From Carcharhinus longimanus (taxonomy: Eukaryota): a DNA stretch of 63,984 bases. The DNA lies in the NCBI GenBank assembly GCA_030264375.1, contig JASCQW010000105.1, positions 55,362,921 to 55,426,904 on the forward strand. Reading direction: 5' to 3'. This document shows, one piece after another, positions 39,321-52,400 of the stretch. Both the position numbers and the translations under genes were made by a program. The notes beneath the pieces were generated by a model, which saw only the letters and a list, made by a program, of their open reading frames with translations, was not told where the DNA came from and ran no database searches. Numbering within the stretch: position 1 is the stretch's first letter; the number at the start of each line of letters is the position of its first letter.

Positions 39321-41198
39321 TAACAAAACTCTGCTTTTGACAGCATTTGATTTGATTTTGTTAACATTATAATAATATTTTTCTTTGAAAATTAGGGAAC
39401 AGTACTGTCAGAAGACAAGATTCTCTTCTATACGCACTGTCACAATTGATGTTTTTCATCATTTATCTCTATGAAACGTACATGGCCCTTAAAAGAGATG
39501 TTTAAAAGGACTCGAGGTAACCGGTTTGGGGCTCTGCGTACTGTTACCTGCACAGATCCTGGAAATGGGTCTTTTTTCTACTTTAAAACGTACACCTTCT
39601 CATATATTGCAGTATTTTTATTGGTTTGCCTTGACTCCAGAAAATAAATGTGTGTGTTCTGTCTATTGTTCACATCACTCTTTCTTTCTGTCTCATTCAC
39701 TCACTCTCTTTCTGTCTCTGTCTGTCTCACTCTCACCCTGCTCTTTCTCTTACTTACAACTCCAACTTTTTCAACAGGCTTAGCAGAATAGAGAAATGCT
39801 TTTCTTTATGATCCAGAATATGCAGTAAATTAAATGTTTATGGTCTGCACCAAATTGTAATTTTGAATTGTATGGACAGCAGTGTTCCAAACCACTGTCA
39901 TGTTCTCAAATGATCAAATGAGTGGAATGTTAACGTCTTTACGATCAGTTAGAAATTCTGCCCGATAGAATATTTATGTATTGCATACATTGTATGTTGC
40001 AATGCAATTCTAGCAACACATTAACTGCAAATGACGTGAAGCAAAATTTTTCAACTTTTATTTTAAAATCTGGAAGTTCCCAGGCAGTTATTTCGACCAA
40101 CCCTATTATTGGTAACACAAAATATCCCCAACAATTAGCAGGGCATTGCACTGCCCCAATTTGATGGTAGCAAAGATTGGTGGTCTAACTTAGTGTTGCC
40201 AACTCGCAATGTGACTGCAGCTAAACATCAGGTTCACCTTTATCCATGTGCAGTGGCACTATGGCTGATTGCAGTGCTCTTTAATGGAGATTCTCAGCAG
40301 AGAGTTGCTGTGATGCCATCAGGTTCTCCAAGCTGCCAATCACATATAAAGGATTTTCACAGAGCCTGCAACAAGAAACTAAAAGCTGCAAAATAAAACC
40401 TCTTTAAAAAATGCTTACATCGAGCAAGTTAAAGTTTGGGATTTAGAATTCATGCAAAAAATTGATTTTAAATTCATTTTAAAAATCAGCTTAAAAATCT
40501 ACTGATTAATTATGTAACAGCATTCCACAATCATTATTTTTTCAGCACCATTTGTTTTTTTCATTAAACATTATTAATCGCATTGCCCCCAAAACAGTTA
40601 CACCTGATTGAAGAAGCTGTAACTACTTAAGGAGTTTCAAATGGTGCTGTGAGAATGGGGAAGTTGAAATTCCCTTTATTTCAGTGATACCTGGCTCTGA
40701 CACAAAACAGCTGGTGTCAAACCGTTTGATTGTCTGACTGCAACTTCAAGATGTCATGCTAACCTGCGTAAGTCTCACATCCTGAGGACTAATGACGACA
40801 AACACTGATGGTTCAACGTCAACACTCACCCTGTCCCTGCAAGCTCCAGCCCCTGGTGCTCTACAAGGCCAAATTACCATTTCCAAACCCTTTCAGCATC
40901 ATCTAAATGTTAGTACATTGAACACAAACTATTGTATTTCATTTCCATTATGGGTTTTACTTTCAGAACCGTAGCTTTGAATAGTGCATTCTAATTGAAT
41001 TATTTTAAAGTGACATTTCTGCAGTATATGGCACTTAGCATGATCACTTGCTTCAATAAAGTGTGTTCATTTACTTCAGTTTTGAGTTAAAGCCACTCAT
41101 ACCTTTTGCCTTTGCTGTTTAATTTTCTGTACTTTTGTCATTTTCTTTGCGATTTCTTGTGATTAAAGATATTTCTACAATTTTTTATTGCATGCAAG

Positions 41199-41348
41199 GC
41201 CTTTTGTTTCTTTTATGGATCACAATGTAAGCAAACTCATCCATCCTACTCTACATCTGGAACCACCATTTCCACAGAGTTAGAATGTGGCAAACTAATC
41301 CGGGAGGAGAGGCGATTGCGAACACAGTCCTCCATCCACACTGTTTAG
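41199..41348 (+). CDS. GRIK1: GRIK1 alternative last exon, GluK1d (EAA3a)-type C-terminus
   Basis: Pyrimidine tract then tgcatgcaag|GCC TTT TGT. Translates AFCFFYGSQCKQTHPSYSTSGTTISTELECGKLIREERRLRTQSSIHTV*, closely matching the recalled human tail AFCFFYGLQCKQTHPTNSTSGTTLSTDLECGKLIREERGIRKQSSVHTV. Phase 0. Confidence 0.93.
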   Translation, partial: AFCFFYGSQCKQTHPSYSTSGTTISTELECGKLIREERRLRTQSSIHTV

Positions 41349-41461
41349 ACAAAGCAGTGAAAGGTTTGTGCATAATGTACTTAAGGTGTTAAAAGGCAGT
41401 CGTGCACATTGTCTTTCAAGGAGAAATATAAAGGGACATCATTGACAAAACAGCTGCATTA

Positions 41462-41467
41462 AATAAA
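41462..41467 (+). terminator. Candidate polyA signal for the d-type last exon
   Basis: First AATAAA, ~115 nt after the stop at 41348. AT-rich context, so it could be chance. Confidence 0.3.
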
Positions 41468-44399
41468 TTGGAGTTGATAGCCTTAAAGGATTTACTTTAG
41501 CATTCAAATTAAGCCTCCTAAGATAGTTTGCTCCAACTTTAGAGTAGGACATCATGACAACTCTGATATATTCTTAATCTGCAGTTAATATGAATTGGGA
41601 TAATTGCATTTTAACCAAAAGTGGTCGACTTAACATATTTCAACTTTTTTTTTGCAAACAGGTAGATGGAGAAGTAAACATAAATTGAAATAATCATTGA
41701 TTCAAAGTGCACTCAGTATGTACCCAAGGAGACAATTTGGTCCATCAATTCCATCTTGGCTCTCTGCAGAGCAAACTAGTCAGCTCCATTCCCCCACTCT
41801 ATTCCCATAGCCTGGCAAGTTTATTTCACTCAAGTGCCAGTGGGCACGACCACTATTTCCACATAGTTTCTGTTGATCTTCCACTGTAATTACAGAGGTT
41901 GATGAGGTGAACTCTTGAGGAAATTTCCAGCAAACATGTCTAACAAGTTGCCACTTTACCCCACATGCAATAACCAACTGCAACAAGTTAACACTGCATG
42001 TCCCATTTAATCAGTATTATTAGCTTTGACAGGGGTAGGTTTGAAATGGTTTTTCTTTATACTTTTCATGGTGTTGCTAATATTCCCTGAGCTACTGGCA
42101 ATACAATATCAGTTAATCTGATGGGAGTTTGAATGGATGGCATAAGTATATACGAACTACAGTCAAAACTACTTGTTGGTTTGCAGTTATTTTCATAATT
42201 CTCTTTCCTTAATCATGAATGATGATGATGACAATGTATAAGCATATTTCAGTGGAAACTCTCAGCAAATGTGGCCCTTCAAAAACAGAGTGTATCTCTT
42301 TCTTACATAATCATCTTCTGAATTGACGCAAGCTCCGCATAATCTTTTCTTATTGATTTTTCTGCATTTGTTACCTGTCACATTTGTATGAATGTCAGTG
42401 CGAGAAACAAGAATCTCTGTTCCACAGCTCGACAGTTTTCATTATATTGTGCAAAAAAATATAGAGTTGATCCAGGCAATTGTTCATTGTGCCCAGATGC
42501 AAGCATGATGTTAAGAACAGGGAGATATCATTCAAAAAGTAATAACATTTTGGAAAAAGGGCAGGCCAGTACAACATAAATATCAGCACAGTGTTCAAGG
42601 GATAATTTAATGTGATTCTGGAAAAAAGAAAAGTAAGCGCGATTGACCTATCTAAAATGGTAGTCTACATCAGGGCTAATTACTCTTTCTTGTTCCTAAC
42701 AATTCTTAAGTTTTTGATTGTTAATTTATATCAAATTCTGGATTTAAAAGATGCAAAAAAAAGATGGAAGGCTTTATCTGTCATTCAGTGCTATCAATCA
42801 ACCAGTATTTCCAGTGTCTGACACTTGATTACAATTTTGTATCACGTGATTTTTAGATCAAAATACTAGCTTAAATAGTAATGCTTGAAAGGCTAAAGAA
42901 ATCCAAGATAAGATTTTTTCCCAAATGACTTCAATCCATCAAGTGCATAGAATAATACCATTTTATCCTCTTTTTACCACCATCATTCTGATGGTAAAAA
43001 TGTTGGGTACACAAGAGAATAATCTGCATTTGAAGTGGGACATCGATGTCTAATTGTCTTTGAGTTGAAATTCCTGACCCCTTAAGAATACAAATGCTAA
43101 AATGCTTCACTGATCTCTATATCTGTCCATTTAGGTTATCAATAGTTCACTGTGAAACTTAAAAGGTAATAGTGCATGCATCAGAGTCACATCAAAATTT
43201 TGACACTTTGATGGGAATAGTAACCGAGATTCTCCAGTCTCATATTCACTACTGGTGAGAATGGAGAATTTGGACCTTAGCCAAATCTCTGTTCATTGCA
43301 GCGGGATTGGAAAATCCCTATGCGTGCGAGGTTGGAGAATTTCAGCCAGTATTAATCTCAAGTGACAAAGTATCAGCACCTCAAGACTGGAAACTTTCCA
43401 TGACTTGGGAGCACAGTGATGACCTTTACCAGAGTTTCCACCAGAGAGTTTGACAAAAATCAACAATTTTAATTCTAGAAGAGCTAGGATTTCTAATTCA
43501 ACAGTTGCAACTCATTGTACAAGCAGGCAAACAAGGTTCCATAGAAGAATAGAAGTGATCCTAGATTTTCAATGTATTGCCTTCAAAACTGAATAGTGAG
43601 GGAGTTGGCTAGTGCAGTCCTGACACTGCTGAAATAGAAGGGAGAAGTTTCAGTTCAAAGCTGAACAAATTTCAATATTAACAGATCTGAGGAAATCCAG
43701 TGTGTTCAATTATAAAGCGACAAAATCCCCCAACACAGATATTCACACAAAAAAAAATGCAAGTTTTCTATTTAAATCAGCCTCTTTCATGACCTTAAAA
43801 CATTCAAAAGCACTTTATGGCCAATTACATACTTCTGAAATGTAATCGTTGTAGTAACGGCAGCTTCAGGTAGATAGGGAAGGGATGACCTTGAAGCCTA
43901 CTCCAGAAATGAAATTCAAAGCTATTTAAACCATTCATATAAGATAAACCAAAAATGGCTGAATCAAACTGATTCGGAAGATTATATTCACAGAATAGAT
44001 TAATTCTACAGTGTGCCTCAACAAGATGTGACTCTTTCTCCATACTGCAATCTAGAAGCCATGGAAATATATTAGTTCATGAGGATTGTTTTAGGAGTCA
44101 GTTCCAGTGATTGTTTGGGCAGAAAATATTTAACTACGATAGACATTAAAATGTAAGATAAAATGCCTGCTTATGAGATGTTATGTATGAACATATCACA
44201 ACGCAGCAGTGTTAATCTGTTAAACTGTAGGTTGCATGCACCTCAGCTACTCAAATTCATCAGCATGTACAATGTCATCAGATCCGGTAAGGTTTGAAGA
44301 TTAAGAGGAAACCTAATTCTGCCCATTGGCCAGAGCAGTACTCAGCTGAAGCATCAGTCATCAATGGGATACATTTTAGATCATGGCTCCAAGGTATAT

Positions 44400-46890
44400 A
44401 GGGATGTTTAATGTAAATTTTGAAATGAAATTTTTACTCTCTACAGGCAAAGGAACTAAAGCCAGGGCTTCTTGGATGATTTAGGAGATAGAGTTTATAA
44501 TGGAACAAAAACAAAAGAGGTAGCATAATGCATTTCAGGAATTCTAGCTAGAATCAAGCCAAGACAATAGGTTGAAACGGGAAGTGAAGAGAAAAATATG
44601 ACCAGTCTCTCAGCACTTGGGACACAGGCTCATTTCCGGCCTCAGTTGACTGACTCTGTGGAGTTTGCATGCTCTACCCGTGTCTGCGTGGATTTCATAG
44701 AATCATAGAAACCCTTCAGTGCAGAAGGAGGCCATTCAGCCCACCAAGTCTGCACCATTAACAATCCCACCCAGGCACTATCCCTGTAGCCCCACATGTT
44801 TACCCTGCTATTCCCCCAACACTAAGGGGCAATTTAGCATGATCAATCACCCTAATCCGCACACCTTTGGAGCGTGGGAACAGCCAGATGAAACACACGC
44901 AGACATGAGAAGAATGTGTAAACTCCACACAGACAGTGATCCAAGCCCAGGAATTGAACCCGGGTCCCTGGCACTGTGTTGTCCGTTTCCTTCATGTACT
45001 CCAGTTTCCTCCCACACTCCAAAGGTGTGCAGGTTAAGTTGATTGGTCATGCTAAATTGCCCCTTACTGTCAGGGGAATCGCAGGGTAAATACATGGGGT
45101 TACAAGGATAATGCCTGGGTGGGATTGTTGTAGGGATTCTATGATTTTATGAAAAAGGAAATATGGGAAAACAATGGAAGCCATAAATCTTCTAACGACA
45201 TGATTGTAAAAGGTTATTAAGGGAGGGATATTTATTTAGAGGCACAGAGCAATGCTAGAATACTTATGAGTACTTTATATCAGTGTTTATTAAGGAAGAG
45301 AATGCTGACAAAACATTAGAAGCAGAGATGTGGTGGAGATAATGGATGGGATTAAAAATTGACAGAAACTTTATTCTGGAAATGCTGGCTATGTTTAAGA
45401 GAGAATATGTTGCCTAGTCCAGATGGTTTGCATCCCAGGATACTAAAGAAAATGGGAGCAGAGATAACAGAAGGACTGGCCATGATTTTCCANNNNNNNN
45501 NNNNNNNNNNNNNNNNNNNNNNNNNNNNNNNNNNNNNNNNNNNNNNNNNNNNNNNNNNNNNNNNNNNNNNNNNNNNNNNNNNNNNNNNNNNNTGAGATAC
45601 AGAGTAGTGCCAGCGGATTAGGGATTGGCTAATGTTCAAGAAAGGGTTAAAGGACCTTCCTCATAACTACAGGCCAGTTAGCTTAATAATACTGATGGGT
45701 AAGGTTTAGCAACACTAATCAGAAAAAATTAACAAGTACTTGGAGAGGTTTGAGTTAATCCAGACAAGACAACACAGATGCAGTGGATAAATCTATATGG
45801 ATTTTAGAAAACAATTATAAAATATCACAAACAGGCTGGTTCACAAAATTGAAGCTTATGATATAGGAGGGTCAGTGTCAACTTGAATAAAAATTTGGCT
45901 TAATGACATAAAACAGCGAAGTAAATGATTAATTTTCAGCTGGATGATAGTAGACAGTGGTGTCCCCCATAAGTCAGTGCTAGGACCACTGTTTTTTTGA
46001 TGTATAATAAATGTCTTGGACATTGGAATACAGCATAAAATTTCAAAGCTTGCTGATGATATCCAACTTGTAGGTGTGACAAGCTTTAAGGATGATACCA
46101 ATTGATTCAACAGGACATAGATAGGCTGGTAAAATGGGCAGCTAAGTGGCAGTTGAAATTTAGTAGAGAGAAGTGTCAGATGATGCAAGTTGGCAAAAGG
46201 AATAGAGAAAGGCATTTTGTATTTAGTGGCATATTTCTAGTATGTAGAGATAGAAGAGCTTTGGAGCTCATGTGCATTGTTCTTGGTGATGGGCAGGAGA
46301 GTCGTTATCTAAACATATGGGATCATAATAAATAGAAGTATTGAAAACAAAAGTAGGGAATCTGTGCTGAACCTTTCTGAAGCTCTGCTCAGGCATAATT
46401 GATGTATTGCTTCCAATTCTGCTCACCACAATTTAGAAAATACATGGAGGCTGCAAAGGAAATTTACCAGAATGGCTCCAGGGATGGGAGAAATTAATTA
46501 AAAGCTTAGTTTAAAGAAACTAGTGGCATAGGAGATTGAGGGGAGATTTGATAGCAGTGTAGAAGATGATAATGAGGTTCGATAAGGTAGAAAAATAAAA
46601 GGAGTTCTCATTAGCTGCTGGTATGAGGTAAGAGGAAACCGGTTCAAGATTTTAGCAAAAATGGGAGAATGGGAGGAAAACCTTTTCGTGCAACAAATGG
46701 CAATGATGTGGAATTCGCTGCCTATGAGGGTGGAAGTGGAGGTGATGAATGATTTCAAAAGGGAATTGGATAGTCACGAGGGAAATAACCTTGCAGGACT
46801 ACATGGATAGTGGGGACTGGGACTGATTGGTTTACCTTTCATGACATGGACTTAATTGGCCAAATGACCTCCTGCTGTGCTATAATAACT
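44400..46890 (+). mobile_element. Old CR1 ORF2 copy interrupted by SINEs and a gap
   Basis: PSPDGLHPRILKKMG, NYRPVSL (aactacaggccagttagctta), SKLADDIQL, IQQDIDRLVKWAAKWQLKF; tail ggccaaatgacctcctgctgtgc. Confidence 0.8.
44610..45147. mobile_element. V-SINE (+) with a second V-SINE (-) nested at ~44697-44984
   Basis: The host V-domain breaks at gtgtctgcgtggatttc and resumes at gtttcc...ccagtttcctcccacactcc. The insert runs atagaatcatagaa...gaattgaacccgggtccctggcactgtg. Confidence 0.8.
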
Positions 46891-49512
46891 GGCATATTTT
46901 ATGGATGGATTCAATGGTAAGTAGTGACTCTAAATATAAAAGCTGATTGGATTTACTTATGCAAACTGGACACCTTTCAGTATGTTAAAAATAAAATAAT
47001 TTATATATATTTCAAGGGCAGCAAAAGTCCATCAAGTTCATATGTTCTCAGCCCATCACTAACAAATTTACTGCCATATAACATCTCACTGTGCTACCTC
47101 CTTTCTGACTGGAGGAAAGCGGCTTTTGCACAGGTCAACTGCAGGTTCAAGTATTTCTATGGGGTCAGGAGGATATCCACCAAAATCTCACAATCCAAAA
47201 TGCTCAGATTATTTCCCCAATTGAGATTGGATTCAGTGGGCCATATTCTTCCAGTTTTGACCTTGATACCTTTTTGAGTAGTGAGACAACAGATGCAATT
47301 TTCCAGGATTGCTGATGGTCTGTCGAATTGGGTGGGATTCTCGCCAGGCATCAAACCCATTGTGAGTTTCCTGGCCCACTCACCCTGATACGATCAGGTT
47401 CTCATACAGAAACAGATCAGAACCTGATATATCTCATTAGCGAGATCGAAGTGGAATGTTGCAGCCTCCTAGTGATTGGTATCAATCACTACTGATCCTG
47501 AACAGCAGAGACCAAGTGTCATGGACTATAAAGGGGAGCAAGGATGGAAATATCAGTTTTAGCTTACACTGTGGTGTCCATAGGCTACGAAGCTACTGTC
47601 AGGCTACTGGGAGGAAGGAGGGGGGGTGGGGGCAGGGTCGATGGGGATGGGGTTCGCTTGGGCTGGGGAGAAGAGGTTGACCGGGGGGAGGGGGGCCTCT
47701 CCCGGGTTGGGGTTTGTATGGGTGGTCCTCTCCATGTAGCCCATAAATTCTCAGCATGTGAACTTCAAGCAGCTTTTAGCTTGACCTGGAGACTTACCTC
47801 TCTGTGGCTTTGAATTGCTTTGAAATCCTTAAATTAAATAAACATTCATGCCACATGAACATTAAAAGCCTTTGATTTGACAGCTCCAGCCCATTTTAAA
47901 GCAGCCATTCGCTCTATTTGTTTATAGAATCACTTCATGCCCCATTAACTTTCACAACCCTTTTAATTGATGGGTTCAGGCTAATTCAAAGCAGGCAGAG
48001 GGGTTATTTATTTACACAAGCTCTTTCATGGCTCATTAACTGTGAAGTACTTCCTCTTTTGAGCAGCTGCGTTCTCCAACCATGATTTTTCTGTAACAGA
48101 GAACACCTTTCATCTGAACTGGTTAAGAGAGAGCAGCAGGTGTTCTCTGACCCCAGTTTCTTTTCATGGTCAATTATTTTAATCTCTGAAGTGGATTACA
48201 AAAAGGGCAGGTGCTACGTTAACACCAATTTTTTTAATACTGCCAGTACTGGAGGTGGTGTTTTACCACGCAAGCAGCTGACACCACTCAAGGCATTGAG
48301 AAGTAAGGTTTCCTCAGTGATGATCTTGCCACAGCCACTGCACAAATCTCTGTATAGACAGGGCTCGGAGGGGCCTGGAGGCCTTTGTGACTCTGGATGG
48401 TCAGGGATTTGGCTGCACAGCTCCCAGGCACTGCTGCAGGTGCACTGGATTTGCCAAACTGGCAGTGAAAAGTTTGCACTGTCAGATTGGAAATGTCAGG
48501 CTGTGAGAGGGGACTGTTAGATTGGCTCTTCCAAGGGGGGACCTGAAGGAGGTGCAGCCTTTAGTGACCCCATAGTGGAATGTCGCTCTCTTGCGGCGGG
48601 GGAGAGGAAATGACGCTGGGGAGCAAAAGTGGGGGCAGGAAGGGGAGGTTTGGGTCACCCTGATGCCTGGATTGTTGGGGGGTTGGGAGGTGACCCAAGC
48701 ATTTAGTAGTGGGAGGAGGTTGCCTCGTGTGTTGCAAGGATTGAGGGTGTTCTCCTTGTCCACAGGGTTGCATGATTAGCACTTGGGGAAGGGGGGGTAC
48801 CTGTTACTGTTACTTGAGATCGGGGCATCCTTTAAAACGGCACCCCAATCTTTGAGGAGCAGAACCTGTCAGTGTGTTTAGGCTCTGTCCCTCTCAAGGC
48901 CAGTGTAAATCTTGCCTCCTCCAAAAATGTCCAAGTGTCATTGATTAGCATTGCCTCGGACAACAGGAAACATGTCCTGCATTTACTTTGCACTAATCCT
49001 CTGACAGATCTAAGTGACCTATTGTAATTATCTACCAAGGAAGCCATAAAACATTCATAATTTGTTTTCACACTCAAAGTAAATCTGCAATTTTTCTCTC
49101 TAATATTCTTTTAATTTAACTACCACCTATCCCTTTGTCATCTTTTTAGTTGTATTTACTAGGCAAAGGGCACATCCAACTTTGACATAGTTAAAAACAA
49201 AATAACATTTTTGTCCAGCTTTTCTACTATATCTTTGTCATCATTTATAAATGTCCCCAAGTAATTGGGGTGAATCGGGATATTGAATTTGATGATCAGC
49301 CATGATCATTATGAATGGCAGAGCAGGTTCAAAGGCCTGAATGGCCTCCTCCTTCTCGTTTCTAATCCTGGAATGGTTATATTTGTACCCTGACTAGCCC
49401 TTAACTCCTAATGCAAACAAAAGTTGTTTTCCTTTTGTCATGCCTATTTTATACTATTCATTTCTTTAGGTTCAGTTGTTATCCTTCTGATAGATATGTT
49501 AGTCAACATTAA

Positions 49513-49973
49513 TGAAAGAACCTGCACTTAAAATCATACCTAATGTGTCCCTGACTGCTTTACTACCAATTTCTTATTTTTCATATATAATCAGCCAATG
49601 CAGCAGCCAATTTCCATACGACAAAGGTCCAACAAATGAAATAGTCTGCCAATTAGCCAATTTTATGGTTGCAGAATATTAGCCAGAAGACCTGAATAAT
49701 GCCCTGTTCCTATTTAACAAGTTCCACAGGGTCCTTTATAGTCACCTGAATAGGTGGGATACAATCAGTGTAACATTTCATCTGAACTATGGCTGGCCCA
49801 ATTTTAGCTCTTGTGCATGTGGGTTTTGAATTTGTTAAAATGATGCCCAGCTTCTCTGACACTCCCTCAATGCTGAACTGGTTCGTCAGCTTGCTCTATG
49901 ATTAATCCCCAGAATTATGCTTGAACCACAAACTTCTGCTTCAGAAACAGAAATGTCACCACCTGAGCCAAGC
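49513..49973 (-). mobile_element. DeuSINE, near full length, old
   Basis: Reverse complement of head (gcttggctcaggtggtgacatt...ctgaagcagaagtttgtggttcaagc), Deu-like core (cagcattgagggagtg) and L2-like tail. Confidence 0.6.
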
Positions 49974-50949
49974 ATGTTTTGATGCTGTTAACAAAATTCA
50001 TTTAGAAACAAACTATTTCTTTACCTTTCAGAGATTCAAGTTCCAAACTTTTCCTCAAGAATGCTGATTTTGATAGCTAATGTTTTCTCACTAGGTTGTG
50101 TCCTAACAGAGACATTGTAATAAATGCATGGATAACCATACCACTATCTTTATATTGAAAAATAATCAGCATGATTGTACACCATAGTAAAGAATGGTAT
50201 GACTCAATTCTTCCAATATGATTCCCATTTTACAACGCATTTCCTCATTAATGATATTTACAAAATAGGCCACTAACTTTAGTTTTTCCTGGTAACTAAG
50301 GGCTCCTGTTGCAAGCATTCTCTGATTTTCATCATTTTTGGTTCCACAGTTCCACATAAAAGATACTGAAATATTCTCCATAATTGGTTTGGCATCTTCA
50401 CCATAGAAGTAAATAGGTGTGAATTAATGCACGGCCACTTGGTTCATTCAATTCATCACTGAGAAGAAATGTCAGTTCTTCTTGTCCAAACTGCTGAATG
50501 TTAAATACTGCCACCTTTTTCATTTGCAATCTGCAATTCCAGTCCTGGTTCAAATTCCCTGCAGTTCTAAATTTGGGAAATAACATTTTTCTTGCTACAA
50601 ATATACTCGCAAAGTCACAAGACTCTGATGGTTCGTGTACCGCCTTGAGCAATCTGATTGTGTGACAGAGTGACATCAAAGTGTACATCATCGATCCTAT
50701 CTATGACTGTTGTCAAACCTGCCACTTTTATCTCGACAGACGCCCATCATCTCACACACAAATATGAATACTGCAGTAATTCTACAGTGTCCCAGTATGT
50801 CACAATAGTCATGAGCCCTACTTTATTCTTAGTTCATTCCCTGCTGTTTCGATTTGCCTTCTTAACTGAAATCACTTAATTCTACACTGATATAAATCTT
50901 ATGTGTAAAAGAAGAACATAATCAAGGAAGTGACGATAAGCAGTTCATA

Positions 50950-52400
50950 GCATTGTAGAATCGTAGTATTTTACAGCACAGAGGAGGCTATTCGACCCCT
51001 TGTGCCTGCACCAACTCCCCAGCTAATCCATTCTGCTGCCCTATTTCCTTAGCCCTCTAAAGCCATCACTTTCAAATATGTATTTAGCTCTCTTCTGAAA
51101 TCTCCTATAGAATCCATCTCCACCCCAACAACGCATTCCAAATCCCAACAACTCCTTAACTTACTCCTAGCTCTTGTTTACCATCTTGAAATTGTGACCC
51201 CCTAGTCACTGATGTACCAACCATTGGAAACAGAATGAACTTCCTCACCTTGTCAAGATTGTTCAGAATTTTGAACGCCTCAAGAAGGTCACCTCTTAAT
51301 ATTCTCTGCTTCAAGGAGAATAATCCCAATTTCTATAATCTTTCCTTGTATCTAAATTCCTGTTATCATTCTAGCAAAATAAGAGCAAAATACTGCGAAT
51401 GCTGGAATCGGAAACAAAAACAGAAAATGCTGGAAAATCTCAGTAGTCTGACAGCATCCCTGGAGAAAGAATAGAGCCAATCTTTCAAGTCTGGATAATC
51501 CTTTGTCAGAGCTGTAAAGGTCATCCAGGCTCGAAATGTTGGCTTTATTCTCTCTTCACAGATGCTGTCAGGCCTGCTGACGTTTTCCAGCATTTTTTGT
51601 TTTTGTATCATTCCACTAAATCTTCTTTGCTCTCTTTCTCTCTCTCTCTAGAGCTTTAATATCCTTTCTTCAATAAGATGCCCAGAACCGAACACCATAC
51701 TCCAAATGTTGTATGACCAATGATTTGTAGACCTTGTAGCACCATTTCCTTACTGTCACACTCAAAGATTGTATTTATAAACCCTAGGATCCTATAAGCC
51801 TCCTTAACAACTATTTCAACTTGCCTGGTCACTTTCGGAGAATTCTGCACTTGAACTTCAAGGTCCCTTTGCTTCTGTATCTGAAAGTTGTACCAGTAAG
51901 CTTATATTCTCTTCCCATGTTTCTTCTACCAAAATGCTGTATTTCGCTGCATTGAAATTCATCTGCCAGGTGTCTACCCATTTGGCCAACTTGTCAAGAT
52001 CACTCTGAAGTAATTAGGTATCATCATCACAATTCAATATTCTCCCTATTTTGGTATCAGCTGAAAATGTTGAGATTTTGCCTTCAACGCACATCTCTAA
52101 ATTGTTTATATAAAGTATAAAAAGCAAGCGTAGCAATACCAATCCCTGGGTAACACAACTTTCAACTCATCTCCAGTCTGAGAAATGCCCATCGATACCT
52201 ACCCTCTGTTTCCTATCTCTTAGCCAACTTCTAATCCATGCAATCCCAAGCATTTCTAATTTGCTAACCAACTTGCCATGTGGCACCATATGGAATGCTT
52301 CTTGAGAGTTCAAATATACAATACTCACGGCAATACCCTTATCCACTTCAAATATGACCTGCCCTTGACAAAGCCAAGTTGACTGTCCAATATTAACTTA
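50950..52400 (-). mobile_element. CR1 LINE, RT domain to 3' tail, minus strand
   Basis: gaatcgtag...cagcacagaggaggctattcgaccc tail; VVKEAYRILGFIN; reverse-strand GVTQG and FSADTK-like motifs. Confidence 0.75.
51378..51606. mobile_element. Inverted pair of Penelope-like pseudo-LTR halves (fold-back element)
   Basis: aaaatgctggaaaatctcagtagtctgacagcatc ... gatgctgtcaggcctgctgacgttttccagcatttt; same family as 6177 and 24198. Confidence 0.7.

Noticed and set aside
44447-44479. Good-looking acceptor ctctctacag|AKELKPGLLG* as another last exon
   Set aside because: Appears to lie within a decayed CR1 ORF2 and has no similarity to known GluK tails.
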